Below are positions 28,381 through 38,108 of a stretch of DNA of 64,000 nucleotides, piece by piece (the first letter of the stretch is position 1; the number at the start of each line of letters is the position of its first letter). Under the pieces are notes generated by a model that worked only from the letters and a program-made list of their open reading frames with translations, did not search any database and was not told the origin of the DNA. The DNA comes from Sulfuricellaceae bacterium (GTDB lineage: Bacteria; Pseudomonadota; Gammaproteobacteria; Burkholderiales; UBA9220): assembly GCA_050177075.1 (NCBI GenBank), contig JBFXHL010000002.1, positions 808 to 64,807 of the forward strand. The letters run 5' to 3'. Made by a program: the position numbers and the translations under genes.

Positions 28381-30471
28381 ATGACCCAGCGAGCCTTGCT
28401 CCCGAGTGGTGGACTTGCTGCGCTCAAGCGGCGGCTGAGGGGAGGGCTGTGCCTCGCCGGCTTGGGGCTTGCCCTGCCAGCCAGCGCCGAGGAGCTGCTG
28501 GCGGAAAACGCCTACCTGGGCGAGGTGCCGGTGGTGCTGACGGTATCACGCCTTGCTCAGCCCCTGGACGAGGCGCCGGCGGCGGTGACGGTGATCGACC
28601 GGCAGATGATCAAGGATTCCGGCGCCTGGGAGCTGGCCGATGTCTTCCGCCTGGTGCCGGGGATGTACGTGGCCTACCATGCGAGTTCGGCCTACACCAC
28701 CAACAGCGCGGTGAGCTACCACGGCCTGTCGGACGCTTATTCCCGCCGGATGCAGGTGCTGGTGGACGGCCGCTCGGTCTATTCGCCCCTCTTCGGCGGC
28801 GTGCTGTGGAGCGACATTCCCCTGGCCCTGGACGACATCGAGCGCATCGAGGTGATTCGCGGCCCCAATTCCGCCATGTACGGCGCCAACTCCTTCCTCG
28901 GCATCATCAACATCATCACCCGGCACTCGACGGAGGAGCAGGGCGCCTTCCTCTCGGTCGGCAAGGGGGCGGGGCGCAGCGAGGGCGCGGCCCGCTACGG
29001 CGGCAGAATAGGCGATCTGAGCTACCGGGTGACGGCCAGCCTGCGCAACGACGACGGGCTGGACGAGCGGGTCGTCAACCCGATCCAGGACAACATTACC
29101 TGGGGCTACAACAAGAACGACGACAAGAAAATCCGCCTCCTGACCTTCCGCGCCGACTACCGGGCCAGCCCGGTGGACGAGGTGGAATTCCAGTTCGGTT
29201 ACAACGGCGGCGACCGGCAGGAGGGGCTGGCGTCGGACGCCTTCTATCCCCGCTGGAAAAGCGTGGACAACCATTTCGAGCTGCTGCGCTGGCGCAGCCA
29301 GCTGGGGGCGGGCAACGAGCTGTCGCTGCAGTTCTATCACAGCTACGAGGGGTCGAAGGACACCCTCCTCACCAACCCGGTGGAATCGGGCTATACCGGC
29401 CTGACCTACAATGCGGACATGATCGCCCAGCGCTACGACCTGGAGGCCCAGCACACCTTTTCCCCCACCGCCGCTACACGCCTGGTGTGGGGCGGCAGCG
29501 CGCGCCTGGACAGGGTCTACTCGCCCCTCTATCTCAATCGCCAGGAAGCGGTCGCCTCCCACCTGTCCCGCCTCTTCGCCAACCTGGAATGGCGGGTCGA
29601 GCCCCGCTTGACCCTCAATCTCGGAGGCATGGCGGAGAACAACGATTTCACCGGCACCGATGTCATGCCCCGGGCCGCCCTCAACTGGCATTTCCTCCCC
29701 GGGCAGACGCTGCGGCTCGGCCGTTCCGCCGCCACCCGCACGCCTTCCCTGCTGGAGGGCAAGGCGGACTACCGTTTCCGCGTCCCCACCGGTTTCCCCC
29801 CGCCCTTCCCGGCCCAGGCGGATCTCGTTTACCGTTATGCCGCCGCCACCCTCAAGCCGGAGCGCATCGTTTCCAGCGAGATCGGCTACCTGGGGGAGTT
29901 CTCCCACGTCAAGGCCGACCTGCGCCTGTTCCGGGACGAGGTGTCGGACCTGATCGGTTTCTACCGCAACGACGTCTGCAACACCGTCGGCGGCCTCACG
30001 CCGGCCGGAGTGCTGTGTTTCAGCGGCAACAACTTCAGCATGCGCAATTCCGGCAATGCGGTCATCAAGGGGTTCGAGGCCCAGTTCGATTGGCGCCTGG
30101 GGCCCGATACGCGGCTTCTTTACGGACTTTCCCATGCCCGGGTGTCCAGCAAGGACGAGGACGGGTCATCCTATACCGCTTCCGTGCCCACCAACAGCCA
30201 GAACCTGATGCTGACCCACCGCTTCGGCTCGGGCTGGAGCGGCAGCCTGATGGGCTACCAGGTGGGGGAGACGAAGGCCATCGGCGGCAGCATGGTCAAC
30301 AGCTACCGCCGCTGGGACGGCCGGGTCGCCAAGCAGTTCAGGGTCGGCCGGAGCAATGTCGAGGCGGCGTTGATCGTGCAGAACCTGAGCAACGAGCGCT
30401 CCTGGGAGTACGATTTCGATAACCAGCTGCCCGGCCGCACGGCCTGGGCAAACCTGCGACTGGAGTACTGA
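28381..30471 (+). CDS. TonB-dependent outer-membrane receptor, paralog 2
   Basis: 696 aa with the same architecture as paralog 1 and colinear sequence (VTVIDRQMIKDSGAWELADVFRLVPGM...IERIEVIRGPNSAMYGANSFLGIINIIT). Ends ...AWANLRLEY. Confidence 0.88.
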   Translation: MTQRALLPSGGLAALKRRLRGGLCLAGLGLALPASAEELLAENAYLGEVPVVLTVSRLAQPLDEAPAAVTVIDRQMIKDSGAWELADVFRLVPGMYVAYHASSAYTTNSAVSYHGLSDAYSRRMQVLVDGRSVYSPLFGGVLWSDIPLALDDIERIEVIRGPNSAMYGANSFLGIINIITRHSTEEQGAFLSVGKGAGRSEGAARYGGRIGDLSYRVTASLRNDDGLDERVVNPIQDNITWGYNKNDDKKIRLLTFRADYRASPVDEVEFQFGYNGGDRQEGLASDAFYPRWKSVDNHFELLRWRSQLGAGNELSLQFYHSYEGSKDTLLTNPVESGYTGLTYNADMIAQRYDLEAQHTFSPTAATRLVWGGSARLDRVYSPLYLNRQEAVASHLSRLFANLEWRVEPRLTLNLGGMAENNDFTGTDVMPRAALNWHFLPGQTLRLGRSAATRTPSLLEGKADYRFRVPTGFPPPFPAQADLVYRYAAATLKPERIVSSEIGYLGEFSHVKADLRLFRDEVSDLIGFYRNDVCNTVGGLTPAGVLCFSGNNFSMRNSGNAVIKGFEAQFDWRLGPDTRLLYGLSHARVSSKDEDGSSYTASVPTNSQNLMLTHRFGSGWSGSLMGYQVGETKAIGGSMVNSYRRWDGRVAKQFRVGRSNVEAALIVQNLSNERSWEYDFDNQLPGRTAWANLRLEY

Positions 30472-30476
30472 ACCTC

Positions 30477-31463
30477 ATGGCGCATCGCTTCGGACGGTGG
30501 ATGGGGCGGCAACTGCCGGGGCTTTTGGCCCGGCTGGGCCTGCTGCTGGCCGTCCTTGCCCATGCGCCCGCGGCTCGCGCCCTGGACGTCGTCACCCTGG
30601 TGTTGAGCGAAGAGGGCCAGGCTTATGCCGAGGTGGCCGACAAGATACGGCAGGTGGTGGGGCAGAAGAACGGTCCCAAGGTGGAAACCCTGTCCCTGCA
30701 GGCTTTTCTCGGCCGCCAGGGGGAAATGGCCAAGGGCGGTTCCCGGGTGGTGGTGGCGGTGGGCTTGGCCGCCGCTCAGGCTGCGTCCGCAATGGATTCC
30801 CGCGTTCCGGTCCTGTCGGTGCTGGTGCCCCGCGCCACTTTCGAGACCCTGGCCCGGGAGCGGGGACGCCAGGGGGACAGCCGAAGTTTCTCGGCCATCT
30901 ACCTCGATCAGCCCTTTGCCCGCCAGCTGCAGCTGATCCGCTTCGCCCTGCCGGAACGCAGCCGGGTGGGGGTGCTGGCCGGCGCCGTGGCGGCAGAGCA
31001 ATTGCCGCTTCTTCAGGCGGCGGGCAAGGGCAGCCGTCTCAAGATCAGCGTGGAAAAAGTGGGCCGGGAGGACGACGTCATCCCCGTCCTGCGCCAGCTG
31101 CTGCGGGACAGCGACGTGCTGCTGGCGGTGCCGGACCCCCTGGTGTACAACCGCAACACCATCCAGGGCCTGTTGCTGACCACCTACCGCTACCAGATTC
31201 CGGTGGTCGGCTTCTCCCTTTCCTACGTCCGGGCGGGGGCGCTGGTGGCGGTCTACAGCGCGCCGCCCCAGATTGGCCAGCAGGTGGGGGAAATGCTCCT
31301 CGGCCTGGCGGGCGACAGGAATCCGGCCTTGCCGCCGCCCCAGTATCCGAAATATTTCTCCGTCAGCGTCAACTACCAGGTTGCCCGCTCCATGGGCATC
31401 GAGGTGGATAACGAGGCGGTGCTGTACGACAAGGTCCGCCGGGCCGGGGAGCAGGAGCCATGA
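30477..31463 (+). CDS. Periplasmic binding-protein-like protein (ABC_sub_bind / PF04392-like), no cognate permease or ATPase nearby
   Basis: 328 aa. Signal peptide (LLAVLAHAPAARA/LD). Sequence pattern resembles the orphan ABC-transporter substrate-binding family (VVAVGLAAAQAA...VLSVLVP...IPVVGFSLSYVRAGALVAVYS). Family assignment made by eye only. Confidence 0.7.
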   Translation: MAHRFGRWMGRQLPGLLARLGLLLAVLAHAPAARALDVVTLVLSEEGQAYAEVADKIRQVVGQKNGPKVETLSLQAFLGRQGEMAKGGSRVVVAVGLAAAQAASAMDSRVPVLSVLVPRATFETLARERGRQGDSRSFSAIYLDQPFARQLQLIRFALPERSRVGVLAGAVAAEQLPLLQAAGKGSRLKISVEKVGREDDVIPVLRQLLRDSDVLLAVPDPLVYNRNTIQGLLLTTYRYQIPVVGFSLSYVRAGALVAVYSAPPQIGQQVGEMLLGLAGDRNPALPPPQYPKYFSVSVNYQVARSMGIEVDNEAVLYDKVRRAGEQEP

Positions 31464-33517
31464 GGCACTGGGGAATCAAACGCCGCGTGATGATCCTGGC
31501 GCTGGTCCCGGCGACGCTGATCGCCACCATGCTGGCGTTCAGCTTCATCCAGAGCGGCATCCGGGACCTGGACCTGTCCCTGCGCGAGCGGGGCCAGGCC
31601 ATCGCCCGGCAGTTGGCGCCCGCCAGCGAATACGGCGTCTTTTCCGGCAACCGGGAAATTCTCCAGGCCCTGGCCCAGTCCACCATGCGGGAGGCGGACG
31701 TGAAGGCGGTGGTGGTGGCCGACAGCCGGGGCAAGGTGCTGGCGGTGAGCGGCCGGCCGGGAATGCCCGTGGCGGCCATGAGCGGGCTGGGGGGAGCGCC
31801 CCAGGTGATCGCCAGCGGCGGCAATTCCCTCACCTTCACCGCGCCGATCTACCAGAGCGAAATCAACGTCGACGATTTCGCCCTGGCCGCCTTCGGCGAA
31901 ACGGAAGCGGTCAAGGGGAAGGCGCGCAAGATGCTCGGCTGGGTGAGCGTGGAGCTTTCCACCCGGGATACCGTCAACCGCCAGAAGCGGCTGGTGGTGA
32001 GCAGCCTGGTGATCGCCCTGTTCGGCCTGATCGTCACCGCCCTGTTCGCCCTGCGCCTGTCGCGGGACGTGACCCAGCCCATCCTGCGCCTGGCCGGGGC
32101 GGTGCGGAATCTGGCGGAAGGCCGGCTCGATACTCGGGTGGAGTCCGATTCGCCGGGCGAGATCGGCGAGCTGGAAGAAGGGATCAACATCATGGCGGCC
32201 AACCTCAAGGCGGCCCAGGAGAACCTCCAGGAGCGGATCGACGAGGCCACCGCCCTCCTGTCCCACCAGGCGAGCCACGACGTGCTGACCGGCCTGGTCA
32301 ACCGGCGGGAATTCGAGAAGCGGATGGAACGGGCCCTGCGCAACGCCCGGGAGCAGGGGGGGCACCATGTCCTGTGCTACATGGACCTGGACCGCTTCAA
32401 GATCGTCAACGATACTTGCGGCCACGTGGCGGGGGACGAGCTGCTGCGCCAGATCGCCTTCCTGATGCGCAAGCGCCTGCGGGACCGGGATACCTTGGCC
32501 CGCCTGGGGGGGGACGAGTTCGGCTTGCTGTTGGAGGGCTGCAGCCAGGCGGACGCCCTGCGGGTGGCGGAGGATTTGCTCGCCATGGTGCGGGATTTCC
32601 GCTTCACCTGGCAGGACAAGGTGTTCAACGTCGGCCTGAGCATGGGGCTGGTGGTCCTCGGCGGCGCCAATGATTCCATCGCCGGCCTGTTGACGGCGGC
32701 GGACGCCGCCTGCTACGCCGCCAAGGAGAAGGGCCGCAACCGCATCCACGTCTACCAGGAAACCGACGGGGAGCTGTTGCAGCGCAGCGGCGAAATGCAG
32801 TGGGTGCCGCGCCTCAACCTGGCCCTGGAGAAAAACCAGTTCTGCCTCCATCGCCAGCCCATCGTTTCCCTCAAGGGAGAAACCGAGCCGGCCTTCGAGA
32901 TGCTGCTGCGGATGAAGGACGAGAACGGCGAGCTCATTTCCCCCATGGCCTTCATCCCCGCCGCCGAGCGCTTCGGCCTCATGCCGGCGATCGACCGCTG
33001 GGTGATCGATGCCGCCTTCGCTGCCATCCGCCGCCAGGGGGTCGGCCAGGGAACCTGCGCCATCAACCTGTCCAGTTCTTCCCTCCTCGATGCCAACCTG
33101 GCGGAGTATGTCCGTGCCGGATTGCAGCAGCACGGCATTTCCTCCCAGTGCATCTGCTTCGAGATCACCGAGATCGCCGCCATCGCCAACCTGTCGGAAA
33201 CGCTGCCTCTGCTGCAGGAGTTGAAGAAAATGGGCTGCCGCCTGGCCCTGGACGATTTCGGCAGCGGCATGTCCTCCTTCGCCTACCTGAAAAACCTGCC
33301 GGTGGACTACCTGAAGATCGACGGCGCCTTCGTCCGCAACATGGCGGCGGCGCCGGTGGATTTCATGACGGTTCAATCCATCCACAACATCGCCGCGGCG
33401 ATGGGCATTCGCACCGTGGCGGAATGGGTGGAGGACGAGGCGACGCTCAATCTCTTGCGGGATATCGGGGTCGATTACGTCCAGGGCTATTGGCTGGGGC
33501 GGCCGGAGCCTCTCTGA
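31460..33517 (+). CDS. Membrane c-di-GMP turnover protein: periplasmic sensor-TM-HAMP-GGDEF-EAL
   Basis: 685 aa. TM1 (VMILALVPATLIATMLAF), about 150-aa periplasmic region, TM2 (LVVSSLVIALFGLIVTALFAL), HAMP. GGDEF domain with I-site (RDRDTLARLGGDEFGLLL). EAL domain (QPIVSL...EMLLRM...DRWV...CFEITE...DDFGSG...LKIDG). ATGA-type overlap with the upstream gene. Confidence 0.9.
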   Translation: MRHWGIKRRVMILALVPATLIATMLAFSFIQSGIRDLDLSLRERGQAIARQLAPASEYGVFSGNREILQALAQSTMREADVKAVVVADSRGKVLAVSGRPGMPVAAMSGLGGAPQVIASGGNSLTFTAPIYQSEINVDDFALAAFGETEAVKGKARKMLGWVSVELSTRDTVNRQKRLVVSSLVIALFGLIVTALFALRLSRDVTQPILRLAGAVRNLAEGRLDTRVESDSPGEIGELEEGINIMAANLKAAQENLQERIDEATALLSHQASHDVLTGLVNRREFEKRMERALRNAREQGGHHVLCYMDLDRFKIVNDTCGHVAGDELLRQIAFLMRKRLRDRDTLARLGGDEFGLLLEGCSQADALRVAEDLLAMVRDFRFTWQDKVFNVGLSMGLVVLGGANDSIAGLLTAADAACYAAKEKGRNRIHVYQETDGELLQRSGEMQWVPRLNLALEKNQFCLHRQPIVSLKGETEPAFEMLLRMKDENGELISPMAFIPAAERFGLMPAIDRWVIDAAFAAIRRQGVGQGTCAINLSSSSLLDANLAEYVRAGLQQHGISSQCICFEITEIAAIANLSETLPLLQELKKMGCRLALDDFGSGMSSFAYLKNLPVDYLKIDGAFVRNMAAAPVDFMTVQSIHNIAAAMGIRTVAEWVEDEATLNLLRDIGVDYVQGYWLGRPEPL

Positions 33518-33689
33518 GGCCCGGCGGGAGTCCGGCATCCGGGCCGTTCTCCCGTGGCTACGGGCACTGCGTGGCGGTCGGCCGGGCTTCTGTGTTAGTG
33601 TTCGAAGCGGCGGGGGAAAGCCGTTTCCCCGCTGTCGCCCGGCATGACCGCCGCCGGCGCGGCGGCAATCCCGCGGAATCCTTGGAAAA

Positions 33690-36600
33690 ATGGCGAAAAT
33701 CGAACTTCGCAACGTGAACCTGGTGGCCTATGCCGTGCTGGCGGCAGGGGCGCTGCTGACGTTCGCCGCCTGGCGCTACACCGTCGCCGAGGTGGAACGG
33801 AGCGAGCGCTATCAGTTCGATTTCCGCGCCGGCCGGGTGGCGCAGGCCCTGGACCAGCGGATGCAGGCCTACACCGATATCCTCTACGGCCTCCAGAGCT
33901 TCTTCCTCCAACGGCAGGACGTCACCCCCGACGAATTCCACCGCTATCTGGAAAAGGCCCGTATCCGCGACCGTTATCCGGGCATCCACGCGGTCGGTTT
34001 CGTGCCCTATTTGAAGGCCGGTGAGAAGGCCGCCTTCGAACAGCGCATGGGGAAAGACCGCGCGCTGGCGGCCCTCGGCTATCCCCCTTTCGCCATCCAT
34101 CCGCCCGGCGACCGGGCCGATTATTACCCTGTCGCCTATCTCGAGCCGCTGCGGGGCAACGAGCGGGCTCTCGGCTTCGATATCGGCAGCGAGAGCGTGA
34201 GGCGCGAAGCGGCCTTGCGCGCCCGGGATACCGGGCAGGCGGCGGCCACCGGCCCCATTACCCTGATCAATGAAACCGGCAGGCAAACGGCGTTTCTGTT
34301 GTCGGCGCCCCTTTATCGCCAGCATCTTCCGCTGGATACGGTGGCGCAGCGGCGGCAGGCCTTCCACGGTTTGGTGTACATGGCCTTCCGCGCCGGGGAG
34401 CTGGTTCGCGGCGCCGTCTCCGACGACCTGCTGCGGCAGATCGGCCTGCGGATCAGCGATTACGGCTTGGCGGGGCAGCGGGAGGAGGCCGGGATGAGCC
34501 TCTACGCCTCGTCCGGCGCGGAGAGCGGGGGGGTGCGGCAGCAGGTCGTTCTTGACGTGGGCGGTCGCCAGTGGCGCCTTGCCTTGACGGCAAGGGCGCC
34601 CATGGTGGCCGAGTCGGAACTGCGCCGGCCCTGGTGGACGCTGGCTTTCGGGAGTGTCACCACCTTCTTGCTGTTCGCCGTGGTGCGGTCCTTGGCCGGC
34701 TCCCATCGCCGAGCGATGGCGTTGGCCGGCGAAATGACCCACAAGCTGCGGGAGAGCGAAGCCCGCACGCGGGCGGTATTGGACAATGTGCTGGACGGAG
34801 TCATCACCATCGACGAAAGCGGCACCATCCACTCGTTCAATCGCTCCGCCGAGCGGATATTCGGCTATGGGGCCGAGGAGGCGATCGGCCGCAACGTCAA
34901 GCTGCTGATGCCGGAGCCTGACCACAGCCGGCACGACGACTATCTGGCCGCCTATTGCCGGACCGGCCAAAAGAAGGTGGTCGGCATCGGCCGCGAGGTC
35001 CAAGGGCGGCGCAAGGACGGGGCGCTTTTCCCCATGAGCCTTTCCGTGGCGGAAATGCATTTCGGCCAGCAGCGCTTTTTCGTCGGCCTGGCGCGGGACA
35101 TTTCCCAGAGCCGCAAGGTGGAGGAAGAACTGCGGACGAGCCAGGCCAATTTCGCCAAGGCCCAGGAGTTGGCACACATCGGCAACTGGCTGTGGGACCT
35201 GGAAACGGACTGCATGACCTGGTCCGACGAGGCCTGTCGCATCTTCGGCCATGCGCCGGAGGCGTTTGTCCCGACCCTCGGGTTCCTCCGTCAAGCCGTT
35301 CACGCCGATGACCGCGATGCCCTGTTCCAGGCCCTGGACCACGCCCTCAAGGATGGTGTGCCCTTCGCCATGGAGCACCGCGTCGTCCTGCCCAACGGGT
35401 CGGTTCGTTACGTCAGCGCGCTGGGGGAGGTCGTTTACGGCGACGATGGCAGACCGCTGCAGATGCGCGGCACGGTGCAGGACATCACCGAGCGGAAAAT
35501 GGCTCAGGAGGAGATCGGCCGTTTCAAGAACGTGCTCGACAACACCCTGGACATGATTTTCATGTTCGACCCCGACAGCCTCCGCATCGTCTACCTCAAC
35601 AAGGGCATGGAGGAAGGCCTGGGCTACAGCCGGGAGGAGCTGCTGGGGATGGAGGTCTACGAAATCAAACCCCTGATGCCGGAGCAGGTGTTCCGTTCCC
35701 ATATCGCCCCCCTTGTCTCCGGCGACCGCCAGTGGCTCAGCTACGAAACCACGCACCGGCGCAAGGACGGCAGCGACGTGCCGGTGGAAGAGTTTCTCCA
35801 GATGGTGCGCCAGGAAGACGGCCAGGGCCTGTTCGTTGCCGTGGCGCGGGACCTGACCGAGCGGCGGCGGGTGGACAAGCTGAAGAGCGAGTTCATTTCC
35901 ACCGTCAGCCACGAATTGCGCACGCCCATGACGTCCATCCGCGGCTCCCTGGGCCTGGTGATGGGCGGCGTGGCCGGGGAGCTCCCCCCCCAGGCGAGGT
36001 CCATGGTGGAAATCGCCTACAACAACAGCGAGCGCCTGGTGCGCCTGATCAACGACATCCTCGACATGGACAAGATCGAGAGCGGCAAGATGCGCCTCGA
36101 TATCCGGACCGTCGAGCTGCTTCCCCTGCTGGAGCAGTCCCTGGAGGCCAACCGGGCCTATGGCGAACAGTACGGCGTCAAGTTCGTCCTCCACGGCGGC
36201 GGGGAGGGGATCAAGGTGCGGGTGGACAGCGACCGCCTGTTGCAGGTGATGGCGAACCTGATGTCCAACGCCGCCAAGTTCTCGCCCGCCGGCGGGGAAG
36301 TGGAAATCAGCGTCGTGACGGGGGAGAAGAACGTGCGGGTGGCGGTGAAGGACCATGGGCCCGGCATCCCGCAGGATTTCCGGGAGCGCATTTTCCGCAA
36401 ATTCTCCCAGGCCGATTCCTCGGATACCCGCAGGAAGGGCGGCACCGGCCTCGGCCTGTCGATTTGCAAGGCCTTGGTGGAACGGATGAACGGCGGCATC
36501 GGTTTTACGTCGAAGGAAGGGGAGGGCTCCACGTTCTTTTTCGACCTGCCGTTGGCCAAGGGGGGGCTGCCAGGACCGCCCCAGCGGTTGCTGGTGTGCG

Positions 36601-37298
36601 AGGACAACAGCGACGTGGCCACGCAGTTGAAGCAGATGCTGGCCCGCCATGGCTACCGGGTGGACGTGGCCGGCAGCGCGGAAGCGGCAAAGGGCCTGCT
36701 GGCGCGGAATGCCTATAGCGCCATGACCCTGGACCTGATGCTGCCGGGGCAGGACGGCCTGTCCCTGGTGAGGGAGCTGCAGGCGGAGGGATTCAAGGTT
36801 CCCGTGGTGGTGATTTCCGCCGTGGCGGGGGAGCGGCGGGACGAGTCCGTGTCGGTGCTGGAATGGCTGGAGAAACCGGTACGGGCGGACCGCCTGTTGG
36901 AGGTGCTGAAAAACGGCGCCTTGCCGCCGCCCAAGCCCACGATCCTGCACGTGGAGGACGAGGAAGACATCCGCCGCGTCCTGCATGGCTTGCTGGGCGG
37001 GGATGCGGAAGTGGTCGGCGCCGGCAGCAAGGCCGAGGCCGAGGCCTTGCTGGAGCAGAGGCATTTCGACTTGGTGGTGCTGGATATCGGCCTGCCCGAC
37101 GGCTCCGGACTCGAAGTGCTGGATTTCATGGCGGCGCGCCGCCTCGCCGTCCCCGTGATACTGTTTTCCGCCCACGAGACCGGCCCCGAGGTAAACTCCA
37201 GGGTGGCGGCGACCCTGGTCAAGTCGCGCTCGAGCAACAAGGAGTTGGAGGAGACTATCCACCGGGTCATGGGGCGGCGCTATGGCGAAACACGCTAG
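33690..37298 (+). CDS. Hybrid sensor histidine kinase: CHASE-TM-PAS x3-HisKA-HATPase-REC-REC
   Basis: 1202 aa. N-terminal TM plus CHASE-like periplasmic domain (YPGIHAVGFVPY...YYPVAYLEPLRGNERALGFDIGSE), PAS repeats, H-box SEFISTVSHELRTPMTSI, N/G boxes and two C-terminal receiver domains. Confidence 0.9.
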   Translation: MAKIELRNVNLVAYAVLAAGALLTFAAWRYTVAEVERSERYQFDFRAGRVAQALDQRMQAYTDILYGLQSFFLQRQDVTPDEFHRYLEKARIRDRYPGIHAVGFVPYLKAGEKAAFEQRMGKDRALAALGYPPFAIHPPGDRADYYPVAYLEPLRGNERALGFDIGSESVRREAALRARDTGQAAATGPITLINETGRQTAFLLSAPLYRQHLPLDTVAQRRQAFHGLVYMAFRAGELVRGAVSDDLLRQIGLRISDYGLAGQREEAGMSLYASSGAESGGVRQQVVLDVGGRQWRLALTARAPMVAESELRRPWWTLAFGSVTTFLLFAVVRSLAGSHRRAMALAGEMTHKLRESEARTRAVLDNVLDGVITIDESGTIHSFNRSAERIFGYGAEEAIGRNVKLLMPEPDHSRHDDYLAAYCRTGQKKVVGIGREVQGRRKDGALFPMSLSVAEMHFGQQRFFVGLARDISQSRKVEEELRTSQANFAKAQELAHIGNWLWDLETDCMTWSDEACRIFGHAPEAFVPTLGFLRQAVHADDRDALFQALDHALKDGVPFAMEHRVVLPNGSVRYVSALGEVVYGDDGRPLQMRGTVQDITERKMAQEEIGRFKNVLDNTLDMIFMFDPDSLRIVYLNKGMEEGLGYSREELLGMEVYEIKPLMPEQVFRSHIAPLVSGDRQWLSYETTHRRKDGSDVPVEEFLQMVRQEDGQGLFVAVARDLTERRRVDKLKSEFISTVSHELRTPMTSIRGSLGLVMGGVAGELPPQARSMVEIAYNNSERLVRLINDILDMDKIESGKMRLDIRTVELLPLLEQSLEANRAYGEQYGVKFVLHGGGEGIKVRVDSDRLLQVMANLMSNAAKFSPAGGEVEISVVTGEKNVRVAVKDHGPGIPQDFRERIFRKFSQADSSDTRRKGGTGLGLSICKALVERMNGGIGFTSKEGEGSTFFFDLPLAKGGLPGPPQRLLVCEDNSDVATQLKQMLARHGYRVDVAGSAEAAKGLLARNAYSAMTLDLMLPGQDGLSLVRELQAEGFKVPVVVISAVAGERRDESVSVLEWLEKPVRADRLLEVLKNGALPPPKPTILHVEDEEDIRRVLHGLLGGDAEVVGAGSKAEAEALLEQRHFDLVVLDIGLPDGSGLEVLDFMAARRLAVPVILFSAHETGPEVNSRVAATLVKSRSSNKELEETIHRVMGRRYGETR

Positions 37299-37662
37299 AC
37301 GGCTATCGGTCTTGATCGTCGACGACGACACCCTGATGCGGCAAGCCCTGCGGACCATCCTTCACGCCGGCGAGTTTGATATCGCCGGGGAGGCGTCCAA
37401 TGGCGAGGATGCCCTCAGCCAGTGCGGCAAGCAGAAACCCGACGTGGTGTTGCTGGACATCAACATGCCCCGCCTCGACGGCATCACCGCCCTGGCTAGA
37501 ATTCGCGCCGCCTTGCCGGCGTGCAAGGTGATCATGATCAGTTCCAACGCCACGGCCGACCGGGTGAGGGAAGCCATGGCGGGCGGCGCCGTCGGCTTCA
37601 TCGTCAAGCCCTTCAACGCCGCGCGGGTGGTGCGGGAAATCAAAAGCCTGTTGAAGAAATAG
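37282..37662 (+). CDS. Single-domain response regulator (CheY-like)
   Basis: 126 aa: VLIVDDDTLMRQAL...VLLDINMPRLDG...FIVKPF. Overlaps the upstream kinase gene by 17 nt. Confidence 0.85.
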   Translation: MAKHARRLSVLIVDDDTLMRQALRTILHAGEFDIAGEASNGEDALSQCGKQKPDVVLLDINMPRLDGITALARIRAALPACKVIMISSNATADRVREAMAGGAVGFIVKPFNAARVVREIKSLLKK

Positions 37663-37672
37663 GGAGAGAGAC

Positions 37673-38077
37673 ATGGCCGAAACCCTGAAACGCATCCTCT
37701 ACGTGGAGGATGAACCGGATATCCGCGAGGTGGCGAAGCTGGCCCTGGAGGCCCTGGGGGGCTTCCGCGTGGAAATGTGCGCTTCCGGCGAGGAAGCCCT
37801 GGAGAAGGCGCCGGCCTTCGCGCCCCAGTTCATTCTCCTGGATGTGATGATGCCGGGCATGGACGGTCCCGCCACCCTGCTCCGTCTGCGGCAGGCGCCC
37901 CAGTTGGCCTCGGTGCCGGTGGCCTTCATGACGGCCAAGGTCCAGCCCGGCGAGGTGGCGCAATACCTGGAATTGGGCGCCGTGGACGTGATTCCCAAAC
38001 CCTTCGATCCCATGACCCTGGCGGCCACCGTCAACGGCATCTGGGAGAGCAAGGTTCCCGCGGCGGCCAAGTCCTGA
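37673..38077 (+). CDS. Single-domain response regulator
   Basis: 134 aa: ILYVEDEPDIREVA...ILLDVMMPGMDG...VIPKPF. Confidence 0.85.
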   Translation: MAETLKRILYVEDEPDIREVAKLALEALGGFRVEMCASGEEALEKAPAFAPQFILLDVMMPGMDGPATLLRLRQAPQLASVPVAFMTAKVQPGEVAQYLELGAVDVIPKPFDPMTLAATVNGIWESKVPAAAKS

Positions 38078-38108
38078 GAATATTCACCAAGAGGCGTTCG
38101 GCGGGCAA

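Noticed and set aside
33558-37358. 1266-aa ORF antisense to the CHASE hybrid kinase gene. Similar antisense ORFs lie at 38121-41048, 41645-44125, 44164-45858, 47591-49144, 54120-56213 and 56282-58012.
   Set aside because: All lie opposite genes with unambiguous kinase, GGDEF or flagellar motifs. They have low-complexity Gly/Ala/Arg/Val/His composition and lack start-site context. They are long open antisense frames, as expected at ~65% GC.
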